Below, one piece after another: positions 1 to 9,923 of a DNA stretch of 64,000 nt; the first letter of the stretch is position 1, and every line of letters starts with the position of its first letter. Made by a program: the position numbers and the translations under genes. The stretch comes from an uncultured delta proteobacterium. GTDB taxonomy: Bacteria; Desulfobacterota; Desulfuromonadia; Geobacterales; DSM-12255. The notes below the pieces were generated by a model. The model made no database searches. It was not told where the DNA came from and saw only the letters and a list, made by a program, of their open reading frames with translations. Location: the NCBI GenBank assembly GCA_963787125.1, contig CAWBBV010000001.1:576001-640000 (forward strand), in the 5' to 3' direction.

Positions 1-878
1 AAACGAAGTCCGGCATTTAGACCGAAGCGGCTGAATTTCTCGTCTGGAGGAGCACTGGCAGCAATCCTTCTACCAGCATTATCTATAAAACTCATGTTCC
101 GGCAGTGGAGCATCATCCGCTCGGCCGGAATCCCGCCATAGGGTTCATCGCCGACTATTGGGAGGCCGCAGTGGGTGAGGTGGACCCGTATCTGGTGAGT
201 GCGGCCGGTGACCGGCCTTGCTTCAATGAGAGTGTATCTGCCAGCGGTGGAAAGTATCCGGAAATTTGTTACCGAAGCCTTTCCCGGGAGAATGACGCCG
301 TAACGAAATTTGTTAAGCTTGCCGATCGGGGCGTCAACAGTCCAGGCAGTCTCTTCAGGGAGGTCGGCGACGATAGCCCAGTAGACCTTTTCAACCCGGC
401 TACCTTTAAGTTCTCCTGAAATAAAAGTGGCGGCCGCCTTGTGCTTGGGAAAAAACATGACGCCGGAAGTGCCGCGATCGAGACGATGGATAACCCGTGC
501 CGGTTCGCTGCTCCCTTGCTCTTTCAGGTATTGCGCCACCGCATACTCAGCTGTACCTTTAAGCTGGTAGGGGGTGCGCTGGCTGTTGATCCCCGGGGCT
601 TTATTCAGTGCCAGGTAGTCAGTGTCTTCGTAAAGCAGCTCTTCTTTGACGAGCCTGACATCAACAAAGCGCTCGGCTTCCATTACTCCCAGGATAATCT
701 CATCTCCCTGGCGAAGTTCACGGGAGGCAACCCTCACCATCACCTGATTGACAGTGCAGCCGCCAAGGTCGATTATTTTGCGTATCTGGGTCTTGGAGAG
801 CTGAGGGAAGATTGCTTTAGCAGCGTCATCAAGCCGAAAACAGTTCTGCTCGGCTCTGACAGTTGAGGTGAGGATCAT
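1..878 (-). CDS. RluA-family pseudouridine synthase (3' end runs off the window)
   Basis: Missing from the ORF track because it lacks a stop. Manual minus-strand translation from ATG 878 (MILTSTVRAEQNCFRLDDAA...) gives an S4-like N-terminus and motifs NKAPG, IHRLDRGTSG, GRTHQIRVHL, PIVGDEPYG, MLHC. Confidence 0.93.
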   Translation of the reverse strand, partial: MILTSTVRAEQNCFRLDDAAKAIFPQLSKTQIRKIIDLGGCTVNQVMVRVASRELRQGDEIILGVMEAERFVDVRLVKEELLYEDTDYLALNKAPGINSQRTPYQLKGTAEYAVAQYLKEQGSSEPARVIHRLDRGTSGVMFFPKHKAAATFISGELKGSRVEKVYWAIVADLPEETAWTVDAPIGKLNKFRYGVILPGKASVTNFRILSTAGRYTLIEARPVTGRTHQIRVHLTHCGLPIVGDEPYGGIPAERMMLHCRNMSFIDNAGRRIAASAPPDEKFSRFGLNAGLR

Positions 879-884
879 ATGATT

Positions 885-1358
885 TCAGTTTTCGGTCATG
901 AAGTGCTGTTCGTACAGATCTTCAAGCTGCTGCAGGTGGCGACTTTCATCGGCAACAAGACGTTCCAGGAGCTTGCCCATGGGGGCGCCGGCGCAGGCTC
1001 CGGCCATCTTCTTGTAAAAAATGATGGCAGCGTTTTCCAGATGGATTGAGTAGGCCAGGGCTTCCCGGGCGTCTGAATCCGGTTTCAGCTCCTTTTTTGC
1101 CAATACAGCATCAAGATTCATTGTCGGCAGCGGTTTGTCAAGCGTCCCTTCAGTTATATGGCCATCAATCAAGGCTTTCTCCAGCTCGTATTTATGGGCA
1201 AGCTCATCCAGTGCCGCTTCTTTAAGGATCGCACTGGCCGCCTTGGACTTGACTATGCGAAGCGCTGCCAGGTAGCTTCTGAATCCCTCTTCTTCCATGC
1301 GTATGGCCATTTCCAGGGCGCCTTCAAATGTGTAGCATACATCAGCCTGATCGCTCAT
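885..1358 (-). CDS. Ferritin-like/rubrerythrin-family di-iron protein
   Basis: Paired E...ExxH motifs (EEEGFRSY/DELAH; ENAAIIFY/DESRH). ATG 1358 is preceded by GGAGG; the ORF track starts at 1370. Confidence 0.85.
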   Translation of the reverse strand: MSDQADVCYTFEGALEMAIRMEEEGFRSYLAALRIVKSKAASAILKEAALDELAHKYELEKALIDGHITEGTLDKPLPTMNLDAVLAKKELKPDSDAREALAYSIHLENAAIIFYKKMAGACAGAPMGKLLERLVADESRHLQQLEDLYEQHFMTEN

Positions 1359-1471
1359 AATCCCCTCCATTGTCTCTTAAAAATTTAATTATTTTTTAGC
1401 ATATTGCGTAAACAAGCTCAATGGTATTGTATGCAGATAAACTGTCCAGGCAAAATAAGAATATTTTTAGC

Positions 1472-1501
1472 TTGACGAAACAGACCACGTTTAAGTAAAA
1501 T
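1472..1501 (+). promoter_or_regulatory. Putative sigma70 promoter of the CoA-transferase
   Basis: TTGACG-N18-TAAAAT. Confidence 0.45.
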
Positions 1502-1623
1502 CCGGTTCTACTTTTTTGTAGACAAGTATTCTTTAAGAAAGATTTTAAGAGGAAAACTGAAGTTTCCATAGGGCTTTTCACGGCTGTGCTGTGAACCCCA
1601 AAACAAACCAGGAGGTAGGACAG

Positions 1624-3219
1624 ATGGCCGATTATGGTACCCTGCAGGATCGCGTACGTCACAAATCACTTTTGAGCAAGGTCATGACAGCAGAAGAGAC
1701 AGTTCAGTTCTTCCAGCCGGGCATGAATCTTGGCTGGTCAGGCTTTACTCCGGCCGGTTATCCGAAGGTAGTTCCGATTGCAGTTGCTGAGCATGTTGAA
1801 AAAAACAACCTTCAGGGCAAGTGGAAATTCAACCTTTTTATCGGCGCATCCGTCGGTGCTGAGACCGAAGACCGCTGGGCTGTAAATGACATGATCGACC
1901 GTCGCTGGCCTTATCAGACCGGCAAGAATATCGCTGCCGGTATCAACGAAGGCCGCATCCGTATGGGCGACAAGCATCTTTCACTCTTTGCTCAGGATCT
2001 CGGCTACGGCTTCTACACCAAGGACACACCTACCGGCAAGCTTGACCTGGCAATAATCGAAGTATCCGCAATTACCGAAGACGGTGGCCTTGTTCCGACC
2101 TCTTCCTGCGGTGTTATTCCAGAAATTCTGATGATGTGCGACAGGATCATTGTCGAGGTAAACACCGGACAGCCTTCCTTTGAAGGGATCCATGACCTGA
2201 TCACCCCGGGCACACCGCCAAATCGTCAGGTTTACAACATTACCAAGGCTAACTCCCGCATCGGCGGTACTTCTATCCCGTGTGACCCGAAAAAGATCAT
2301 CGCTGTTGTTGAGTCCAAACTCCGTGACCAGGGTCGTGCCTTTGCTGAGCAGGACGATACATCCGAAGCAATTGCTAACCATATCATCGACTTCTTCTCC
2401 CATGAAGTAAAGGCCGGTCGTCTGCCGGACAACCTGCTGCCGATCCAGTCAGGCGTCGGCTCTATCGCCAATGCGGTTATCGGTGGCCTTGCCAAGGGTC
2501 CGTTCTACAATCTCTCTGTTTACACCGAGGTTTTGCAGGACACTATGCTCGATCTGTTTGATTCCGGCAAACTTGATGCGGCATCTTCCTGCTCACTGTC
2601 GCTGTCAGCATCACCAGGTTTCCCGAAATTTTTCGAGAACATGGACAAGTATTTTGACAAGATTACTCTCCGTCCGCTTTCCATCTCCAATGCTCCAGAA
2701 CCGATTCGTCGTCTCGGCTGTATTGCCATGAACACTCCGGTTGAGATCGACATGTATGCTCATGCCAACTCAACTCTCGTCGGTGGTACCCGGATGATCA
2801 ACGGCCTTGGCGGTTCCGGTGACTTCCTCCGTAACGGCTTCCTGAAGATGATGCACACCCCGTCAAGCCGCCCAAGCAAGACCGATCCGACCGGTATTTC
2901 TTGTGTGGTGCCGCACTGCTCACACATCGACCACACCGAGCACGACCTGGATGTCGTCATCACCGAGCAGGGTCTGGCCGACCTTCGTGGTCTCTGCCCA
3001 CGTGACCGCGCCAAGGTAATCATCGAGAAGTGCGCTCATCCCGAGTACAAACCGATTCTTACCGAGTACTACGAGATGGCTCTTGCCGATTGCCTCCGTC
3101 GCAAGGTTGCCCACGAGCCGCAGCTCTGGGATCGTGCTTTCAAGATGCACTTGAACCTTGAGAGAAACGGCACAATGAAGATCAAGAACTGGGATATCAA
3201 ACTTGATCTTTGCGAGTAA
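1624..3219 (+). CDS. ato: Succinyl-CoA:acetate CoA-transferase (acetyl-CoA hydrolase/transferase family)
   Basis: GFTPAGYPK, QSGVGSIANA, YTEVLQD, NGLGGSGDF, TEQGLADLRGL motifs; GGAGG RBS before ATG 1624. Confidence 0.92.
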   Translation: MADYGTLQDRVRHKSLLSKVMTAEETVQFFQPGMNLGWSGFTPAGYPKVVPIAVAEHVEKNNLQGKWKFNLFIGASVGAETEDRWAVNDMIDRRWPYQTGKNIAAGINEGRIRMGDKHLSLFAQDLGYGFYTKDTPTGKLDLAIIEVSAITEDGGLVPTSSCGVIPEILMMCDRIIVEVNTGQPSFEGIHDLITPGTPPNRQVYNITKANSRIGGTSIPCDPKKIIAVVESKLRDQGRAFAEQDDTSEAIANHIIDFFSHEVKAGRLPDNLLPIQSGVGSIANAVIGGLAKGPFYNLSVYTEVLQDTMLDLFDSGKLDAASSCSLSLSASPGFPKFFENMDKYFDKITLRPLSISNAPEPIRRLGCIAMNTPVEIDMYAHANSTLVGGTRMINGLGGSGDFLRNGFLKMMHTPSSRPSKTDPTGISCVVPHCSHIDHTEHDLDVVITEQGLADLRGLCPRDRAKVIIEKCAHPEYKPILTEYYEMALADCLRRKVAHEPQLWDRAFKMHLNLERNGTMKIKNWDIKLDLCE

Positions 3220-3242
3220 AATGTTTCACCCGGCTAAACAAG

Positions 3243-3271
3243 AACCCGCCCCTCAAAAGGCGGGTTTTTTT
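3243..3271 (+). terminator. Rho-independent terminator
   Basis: AACCCGCC-N8-GGCGGGTT followed by a T run. Confidence 0.9.
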
Positions 3272-3336
3272 ATGCCGAGTCTTGACAGGAAAGCTGATAG
3301 CGATTAATTTCAGAATATTTCCCGAGGAGGCCGGTC

Positions 3337-4731
3337 ATGCGTAAAAATATTATGTTTATTGTCGCCGCACTATTCACATCACTAACCTGTTCAACTCCCC
3401 CCGCCATTGCCAAATACTCACCGCCAAACTTTGTGGAGCTGGCCAAAAAACTAAAACCGACTGTCGTCAATATAGGCACAGAGAGAAAACCAAAACAACA
3501 GCGACGCCAACAGGCCCGCCCTTTTGGCAACTCACCTTTTGGCAATGATCCGTTTCAGGATTTTTTTGATAGGTTTTTTGATGAGCAGCGTCCCCAGGGG
3601 AGGGCACAGAAAAGTCTCGGTTCCGGTTTTGTTATCAGCGCCGATGGCTACATTCTTACAAACAATCATGTTGTCGATGGCGCCGATGAGATCAAGGTTA
3701 AATTTGATAACGGCAAAGAGCTGAAAGGAGAGCTCAAAGGGAGCGACGCCAAACTCGATCTTGCCCTGATAAAAGTGACTACTGATGAAAAACTCTCCGT
3801 TGCCGTTCTTGGCGACAGTGACGAGATAGAGGTTGGTGAATGGGTAATGGCCATCGGCAATCCGTTCGGTCTCTCGGAAACGGTCACTGCCGGAATTGTC
3901 AGCGCCAAAGGCCGGGTGATAGGGAGCGGCCCTTATGATGACTTTATCCAGACAGATGCGTCGATTAATCCGGGGAACTCCGGCGGACCGCTCTTTAACG
4001 CCAAAGGAGAGGTCATCGGGATAAACACCGCCATCATTGCCGGCGGCCAGGGGATCGGTTTTGCCATCCCGGTAAACATGGCAAAGTCGATAATTTCACA
4101 GCTTAAAGACAAGGGGAAGGTGACAAGAGGGTGGATTGGCGTTTCAATTCAGCCGGTAACAAAAGATCTCGCCGATTCGTTTGGGCTCCCGGCTGAACGG
4201 GGCGCACTGGTCAGCGAAGTGAACCCTGACAGCCCTGCAGAAAAAGGTGGCGTTAAGTCAGGTGATATAATTATTATCTTTGATGGCAAGACGATCAAGG
4301 AGATGAATGATCTGCCGCGACTGGTCGCTGCTACAGCTGCCGGGTCAAGCGTTAAGGTTAAAGTTATTCGCGAGGGCAAGGAAGAGACTCTGACTCTTGT
4401 CATTGAGAAGATGAAGGATGGAGAGGAAAACTCTTCTGCTGATAATCAGGACAAGCTGGGTTTGTCGGTAAAGGATCTTACTAAAGAGCTTGCTGCAACT
4501 CTACAGATTAAGGAAATCTCGGGTGTCGTTGTTGCCGATGTCAAGCCTGATAGCCTGGCCATGAGCGCCGGAATTCAGAGGGGTGATATCATCAAAGAGG
4601 TTAACGGAGCCAGGGTTGCAAAGGTCGAGGAATATGAGAAAGCTATTGCCAGCGTTAAGAAGGACAAGGTGCTGCGACTGCTCGTCAAGCATGGTGACAG
4701 TTCAAGGTATCTGGCAATAAAGATGGAGTAG
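3337..4731 (+). CDS. degQ: DegP/DegQ (HtrA) periplasmic serine protease with two PDZ domains
   Basis: Signal peptide; TNNHV, DLAL, GNSGGPL catalytic triad; two PDZ repeats. Confidence 0.95.
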   Translation: MRKNIMFIVAALFTSLTCSTPPAIAKYSPPNFVELAKKLKPTVVNIGTERKPKQQRRQQARPFGNSPFGNDPFQDFFDRFFDEQRPQGRAQKSLGSGFVISADGYILTNNHVVDGADEIKVKFDNGKELKGELKGSDAKLDLALIKVTTDEKLSVAVLGDSDEIEVGEWVMAIGNPFGLSETVTAGIVSAKGRVIGSGPYDDFIQTDASINPGNSGGPLFNAKGEVIGINTAIIAGGQGIGFAIPVNMAKSIISQLKDKGKVTRGWIGVSIQPVTKDLADSFGLPAERGALVSEVNPDSPAEKGGVKSGDIIIIFDGKTIKEMNDLPRLVAATAAGSSVKVKVIREGKEETLTLVIEKMKDGEENSSADNQDKLGLSVKDLTKELAATLQIKEISGVVVADVKPDSLAMSAGIQRGDIIKEVNGARVAKVEEYEKAIASVKKDKVLRLLVKHGDSSRYLAIKME

Positions 4732-4742
4732 GTGCAACATAA

Positions 4743-5651
4743 TCAGCTGGCTTTGGTCTCAACATTTGAAACAGAGTATTTAGCCTCAAGGGAATAGATC
4801 ACCAGTCCGCACCAGATACAGCAGAAGCTGATAAGGTGGGGGGTGTCGAACGCTTCCCGGTAGATGAAAACTGCTTGCAGAAAGTGAAGTGACGGGGTGA
4901 TGTACTGCAGAAAGCCGATTGTGGTGAGGCGGAGTCTGCGCGCCGCCGCGGCAAAGAGAATCAGCGGCACTGCCGTCAGCACCCCGGCAAGCGGCAGTAG
5001 TGCCAGATCCTGCGGCAGTCTGCCGACTAGATGGCCGCCGTTGATATAGCCGTTAAAGAGCAGATAGCAGCAGGCCGGCAGGGCGAGCATGCCTGTTTCG
5101 ACCGCCAGCCCGGAAAGCGCCTCAACCGGCGCGATCTTGCGTAAAAGACCATAAAGGCCGAAGGTTGAGGCGAGAACAAGGGCAATGAGCGGCAACTTGC
5201 CGACCATTATCAACTGCACGCCGACGCCGGTAACCGCCAGGGCGATACTGACTGTCTGCCAGGTCCGCAATCTTTCCCTCAGGATCACCACTCCCAGCAC
5301 GACATTTACCAGCGGTGTCATGAAGTAGCCGAGACTCGACTGCAGCACTTCACCTTTGCCGACCGCATAGATAAAAACCAGCCAGTTTGTCGAGATGAGC
5401 AGCGATGTTACCAAGAGATAAAGGAGGGCGCGCCGGTCGGTACAAATCCTGCGGATAAGCGGCAGTTCTCCCTTGACAATAATCAGAACTGCCAGAAAAA
5501 GCATCGACCAGAAGATTCTGTGGGACACGACCTCAAGCGGGTTCAAGTGCTTGAGCTGCTTGAAGAAAAGCGGAAAAAACCCCCAGATGAAGTACGCCAC
5601 GAGGCCGTAAATAAAGCCGGTGCGAGCTGCGCTTCCCCCTTTAGCCGGCAT
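4743..5651 (-). CDS. rarD: RarD (EamA/DMT) transporter
   Basis: AYFIWGFFPLFFK, HRIFWS, SLGYFMTPL, STFGLYGLLRK, GFLQYITPSL; likely start ATG 5651 (MPAKG), overlapping the upstream gene end. Confidence 0.9.
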   Translation of the reverse strand: MPAKGGSAARTGFIYGLVAYFIWGFFPLFFKQLKHLNPLEVVSHRIFWSMLFLAVLIIVKGELPLIRRICTDRRALLYLLVTSLLISTNWLVFIYAVGKGEVLQSSLGYFMTPLVNVVLGVVILRERLRTWQTVSIALAVTGVGVQLIMVGKLPLIALVLASTFGLYGLLRKIAPVEALSGLAVETGMLALPACCYLLFNGYINGGHLVGRLPQDLALLPLAGVLTAVPLILFAAAARRLRLTTIGFLQYITPSLHFLQAVFIYREAFDTPHLISFCCIWCGLVIYSLEAKYSVSNVETKAS

Positions 5652-6537
5652 CTGCAGCCCCTTTTGGGATGGAGCTCCGTGAAAAAAGATACAGTCCGGC
5701 AAAGATGACCCCGCCACCTATAAGCTGTCTGGGGCCGGGGTACTCCTTCAGGAAAATCGCCCCCCAGACAATGGCGCCAAGTGATTCGCCCAGGATACTG
5801 ACGGCAACTGTTGAGGCCGGAACGTATTTGATGACCCAGTTGAAGATCGTATGGCCGCCAACAGTGCAGATCAGCGCCAGGGCAAAGAAGAGCAGCCACT
5901 CCCTGGCAGGATAGGGGGCAAAGGGGAGTGAGTTCATGACGCTCAAGAGCACCAGAGTCAGTGCACTTGTTCCGTACACGACAAAGGTGTAGGCGCTTAA
6001 GGCCACTTTGGCACGAATCTTCCGCCCGATAATCATATAGCCGGAAACAAGGATGGCGGCCAGGAGAGCAAGAACGTCGCCGAAAAAAGCGTCTGCGCCA
6101 AGCCTGAAATCACCGGCGCCGATAATAAAGCTTCCGCACAGTGCCAAAGCGCCGCCGATCATGGCAAGATGCGAGATCTTTTCGCGAAAAAAGAGCCACG
6201 ATCCCATGACGACAAAAACCGGCTGCAGCGTCACAATGACGACAGAGCTGGCAATGGTCGTATATTTCAGCGAGGTGAACCAGGTGGCAAAGTGCAGCGC
6301 CAGAAACAGACCGCTTAAAGCGGCAAGCAGAACCTCACGCCGTTTCATGGCTGCGAGTTCGTGGCGGTGCTTTACAAGGGTAAAAGGGGCAATCAGGAGA
6401 AAAGTGAAGAGCAGCCGGTAGCTTGCTGTTATCAGCGGCGCCGCCGAGGAGAGCCTGACAAAAAGTGAGGAAAAAGAGACGGCAACGACACCCGCCAAAA
6501 TAGCGATATGAGGGTTAATAAGAGGCTTGTCGGACAT
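5641..6537 (-). CDS. EamA/DMT family transporter
   Basis: About 10 hydrophobic segments; LALHFATWFTSL and GHTIFNW DMT motifs. Confidence 0.88.
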   Translation of the reverse strand: MSDKPLINPHIAILAGVVAVSFSSLFVRLSSAAPLITASYRLLFTFLLIAPFTLVKHRHELAAMKRREVLLAALSGLFLALHFATWFTSLKYTTIASSVVIVTLQPVFVVMGSWLFFREKISHLAMIGGALALCGSFIIGAGDFRLGADAFFGDVLALLAAILVSGYMIIGRKIRAKVALSAYTFVVYGTSALTLVLLSVMNSLPFAPYPAREWLLFFALALICTVGGHTIFNWVIKYVPASTVAVSILGESLGAIVWGAIFLKEYPGPRQLIGGGVIFAGLYLFSRSSIPKGAADAG

Positions 6538-6549
6538 AAAGTATGGGGA

Positions 6550-7254
6550 TTATTCCCCGAGATACGCTTTGCGGACTTCCGGATCTTCTGCCAGATCCTT
6601 GGCTATACCGGAAAGGACGACTTCGCCGGTTTCAAGCACATAGGCCCTGTCAGCAATGGAAAGTGCCATATGGGCATTCTGCTCCACCAGCATGATCGTG
6701 GTGCCGGTTTTGTTGATATCGACGATTATTTCGAAAATTTTCTCCACCAGCATCGGCGCCAGTCCCATTGACGGCTCGTCAAGGAGGAGCAGCTTTGGTG
6801 ACGACATAAGAGCCCTCCCCATGGCGAGCATCTGCTGCTCACCACCAGAGAGTGTCTTGGCAAGCTGCTTTGTCCGCTCTTTCAAGCGGGGGAAAAGAGC
6901 GAAGGCGCGCTCGATACCTGCTTCGACAGCACTTTTCTCCTTGAGGCAGTAACCACCCATCTCCAGGTTTTCCAGGACGCTCATATTGGCGAAGACGCGC
7001 CGTCCTTCCGGCACCTGACATATTCCCATCTTGACGATTTCATGGGGAGCCGTTTTGGTAATCTCTTTGTCCGTGAAAAAGATTCTACCGTCATTAATCG
7101 GCAGTATCCCGCTGATGGAGTTGAGAATTGTCGTCTTGCCTGCGCCGTTGGCACCGATAAGCGCGACGATCTCCCCCTGATGAACTTCACAGGTGATCTT
7201 TTTCAGCGCCTTTATGGCACCGTAATTAACCGTCAGATTCTCGACTCGCAGCAT
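6550..7254 (-). CDS. livF: Branched-chain amino acid ABC transporter ATPase
   Basis: GANGAGKTT, VPEGRRVF, LSGGEQQML, LLLDEPSMGL. Confidence 0.95.
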   Translation of the reverse strand: MLRVENLTVNYGAIKALKKITCEVHQGEIVALIGANGAGKTTILNSISGILPINDGRIFFTDKEITKTAPHEIVKMGICQVPEGRRVFANMSVLENLEMGGYCLKEKSAVEAGIERAFALFPRLKERTKQLAKTLSGGEQQMLAMGRALMSSPKLLLLDEPSMGLAPMLVEKIFEIIVDINKTGTTIMLVEQNAHMALSIADRAYVLETGEVVLSGIAKDLAEDPEVRKAYLGE

Positions 7255-8024
7255 CAGTGTCCCGCCCCTTTGCCAAGATATGCTTCGATCACCCGCTCAT
7301 TACTGCGAACTTCCAGCGGCGTGCCGTCGGCGATTTTTATCCCGTAATCAAGAACTGCAATCCGGTCGGAGATTTCCATGACGAATTTCATGTCGTGCTC
7401 CACCAGGAAAACTGTCAGACCGGTATTACGGATAGCCTGAATCATATGCAGCAACGACATTTTCTCCTGCGGATTCATCCCGGCAGCCGGTTCGTCAAGC
7501 AGCAGGATTCGCGGCTTGATTGCCAGCGCCCTTGCTATCTCCAGGCGGCGCTGCTCACCGTAGGGGAGGCTTCCGGCCGGCTCGAACACCCGATGGATCA
7601 GATCTACCTGCTTGAGGCATTCGACCGCCCAGTCGAGCAGCGCCCCCTCTTCGCGCCTTACCCAGGGGAGGTATTTGAAGATTGCCCCCGGCAGGCCGAC
7701 TTTTCCCCGTGTATGAGCGCCGATCAGGACGTTCTCAAGTACGGTTAAAGTGGAGAAAAGGCGAATATTCTGGAAGGTACGGCCAATTCCCTTGGCAGCT
7801 ATCCGGTACGGCTCGCCGCCACTGATACGCTCGCCGCCAAAGATTATCTCCCCTTCAGTCGGTGCGTAGATCCCGGTAATCAGGTTGAACATGGTACTTT
7901 TACCGGCGCCGTTCGGCCCGATAAGGGCCAGGATAGACCCCTCTTCAACCTGCAAATTTACCTTATCAACAGCGGTAAGCCCGCCGAAACGTATGGTCAC
8001 ATCATTTAGTTCAAGCAGTGCCAT
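7254..8024 (-). CDS. livG: Branched-chain amino acid ABC transporter ATPase
   Basis: [37 protein letters not shown]-terminal VIEAYLG. Confidence 0.95.
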   Translation of the reverse strand: MALLELNDVTIRFGGLTAVDKVNLQVEEGSILALIGPNGAGKSTMFNLITGIYAPTEGEIIFGGERISGGEPYRIAAKGIGRTFQNIRLFSTLTVLENVLIGAHTRGKVGLPGAIFKYLPWVRREEGALLDWAVECLKQVDLIHRVFEPAGSLPYGEQRRLEIARALAIKPRILLLDEPAAGMNPQEKMSLLHMIQAIRNTGLTVFLVEHDMKFVMEISDRIAVLDYGIKIADGTPLEVRSNERVIEAYLGKGAGH

Positions 8025-8028
8025 GTCT

Positions 8029-8958
8029 CTACCTCAACTCCTCTTTCAGCCCGTTGCGCACAGGTAGCTGGCGTTTCTTCCCCAGCTTGTGCAGTACGAG
8101 ATCAACGAAATTAACCCCTCCCAACAGTCCATTGGGACGGAAAACCATCAGGAAGACCATCAGCGCACCGTATACGAGCATCCGGTACTGGGACATGAAT
8201 CTGAGGAACTCAGGCGCAGCGGCGAGTACAGAAGCGCCAATGACCGCGCCAGGGACGCTGCCGAGGCCACCGAGGACTACCATGCTGAGGATGTCGACCG
8301 ATTTCAAAAAACTGAAATCTGACGGATTTACGTAGCTGAGGAAGTGCGCATAAAGAGCGCCGCCAATCCCGGCAAGGAAGGTGCCGAGGGCGAACGATTG
8401 CAGTTTGTAAAGAGTAAGATTGATCCCCATGGATTCAGCGGCGATTTCATTCTCGCGGATTGCTTTAAGGGCTCGGCCGAATCTGGAGTTCTGGACAAAA
8501 GTTACTGCGATGATGGCGATGATGGCGCAGATCCAGACAATGACCGGCATGGGCAGAGTTGTCTTCGCTGCAGGGACGGTCAGACCGAGCGCCTTGTTGG
8601 TGATGTCCAGATTGAGGAAAACAACCTTGACAATCTCGGCAAAGCCGAGAGTACAGATTGCCAGGTAGTCACCGGTAAGGCGCAGGATGGGAAAGCCGAT
8701 CAGCATCCCGATGAGGGCGGTAAAAGAGCCGGCCGCAAGGAGATTGAGCGAAAAAGGAAGCCCCGTCTTTATCGTCAAAAGAGCGCTGGTGAAGGCTCCG
8801 ACACTCATGAAGGCCGCGTGGCCAAGCGAGAGTTGTCCGGTCAGTCCGGTGATGACGTTCAAACCGAGGGCAAGAATAATGGCAATGCCGATATTGACGA
8901 CTATCTGCAGGAAGTAAGGATCCATGCCACCGACAAAATTATGCAGAGACGCTCCCAT
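8029..8958 (-). CDS. livM: Branched-chain amino acid ABC transporter permease
   Basis: [29 protein letters not shown]. Confidence 0.93.
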   Translation of the reverse strand: MGASLHNFVGGMDPYFLQIVVNIGIAIILALGLNVITGLTGQLSLGHAAFMSVGAFTSALLTIKTGLPFSLNLLAAGSFTALIGMLIGFPILRLTGDYLAICTLGFAEIVKVVFLNLDITNKALGLTVPAAKTTLPMPVIVWICAIIAIIAVTFVQNSRFGRALKAIRENEIAAESMGINLTLYKLQSFALGTFLAGIGGALYAHFLSYVNPSDFSFLKSVDILSMVVLGGLGSVPGAVIGASVLAAAPEFLRFMSQYRMLVYGALMVFLMVFRPNGLLGGVNFVDLVLHKLGKKRQLPVRNGLKEELR

Positions 8959-8960
8959 GG

Positions 8961-9836
8961 CTACACCTTTTTCTGGATTTTCCGGCCGAGCAGACCGGTC
9001 GGTTTAACGAGCAGAACCAGCACGAGGATGGCAAAAGCTATTGCATCACGGTACGAGGAGAAGCCGGCGGCAACCCCGAGAACTTCTGTGATCCCCAGCA
9101 TAAGTCCGCCGAGCATGGCTCCGGGGATTGAGCCGATACCGCCGAGAACTGCGGCTGCAAAAGCCTTCAGACCGGCCATAAGTCCCATATTGAAGCTGAC
9201 CGCATTGAAGAGTACCCCGACAAGCACACCGCCGGCAGCTGCAAGGGCAGAGCCAAGAGCAAAAGTGAAGGAGATGACGCGATTCACGTTTATCCCCATC
9301 AGCGCGGCAGTGTTGTAATCTTCGGACGTAGCGCGCATCGCCTTGCCGATCTTTGTCTTTTTGACTATAAATTCAAGCCCCAGCATGAGCAGGGCAGAGA
9401 TGCCGATTATCAGGAGTTGCAGGGAGGAAATTTCAGCGTCACCGATCTTGATCTGTTTTACCGGAAAGGCGGTGCTGGGAAAAGCCTTGGCGTCAGCGCC
9501 GAAGACCATCAGCGCCAGTGAGGAGAGGAATATGGAGACACCGATTGCCGAGATAAGAGCAGAGAGACGGGATGATTTACGCAGCGGCCGGTAGGCTATC
9601 AGCTCGATAACCACGCCGATAATCATACTGGCGACCATGGCAACAAGCATTGCCAGGAAGATATTGAGCTTTAAGACAGAGACCGCAAAGAGACCGACAA
9701 AAGCACCAACCATGAATATCTCGCCATGGGCAAAATTTATCAGGGTTATGATGCCGTAAACCATTGTATAGCCAAGGGCGATCAGGGCGTATGTGGACCC
9801 CAGGGCTATGCCGTTTATAAGCTGTTGCAGAAGCAT
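8961..9836 (-). CDS. livH: Branched-chain amino acid ABC transporter permease
   Basis: YALIALGYTMVYG, INFAHGE, LKAFAAAVLGGIG. Confidence 0.95.
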   Translation of the reverse strand: MLLQQLINGIALGSTYALIALGYTMVYGIITLINFAHGEIFMVGAFVGLFAVSVLKLNIFLAMLVAMVASMIIGVVIELIAYRPLRKSSRLSALISAIGVSIFLSSLALMVFGADAKAFPSTAFPVKQIKIGDAEISSLQLLIIGISALLMLGLEFIVKKTKIGKAMRATSEDYNTAALMGINVNRVISFTFALGSALAAAGGVLVGVLFNAVSFNMGLMAGLKAFAAAVLGGIGSIPGAMLGGLMLGITEVLGVAAGFSSYRDAIAFAILVLVLLVKPTGLLGRKIQKKV

Positions 9837-9875
9837 GATCAGCTCCTCACTGTTCTCATTAAATACGCGTAGTTC

Positions 9876-9912
9876 AAAAAAATCCGCAGCCCCCCGTAAG
9901 GAGAGGCTGCGG
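9876..9912 (-). terminator. Intra-operon hairpin/terminator after livK
   Basis: CCGCAGC...GCTGCGG stem followed by a T7 run on the minus strand. Confidence 0.7.
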
Positions 9913-9923
9913 CGAAACTGCCA

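Noticed and set aside
105..866. Plus-strand ORFs 105-419 and 441-866
   Set aside because: Antisense shadows of the RluA-family gene that the ORF track missed.
8344..9318. 324-aa plus-strand ORF
   Set aside because: Antisense to livM/livH with no recognisable motifs.
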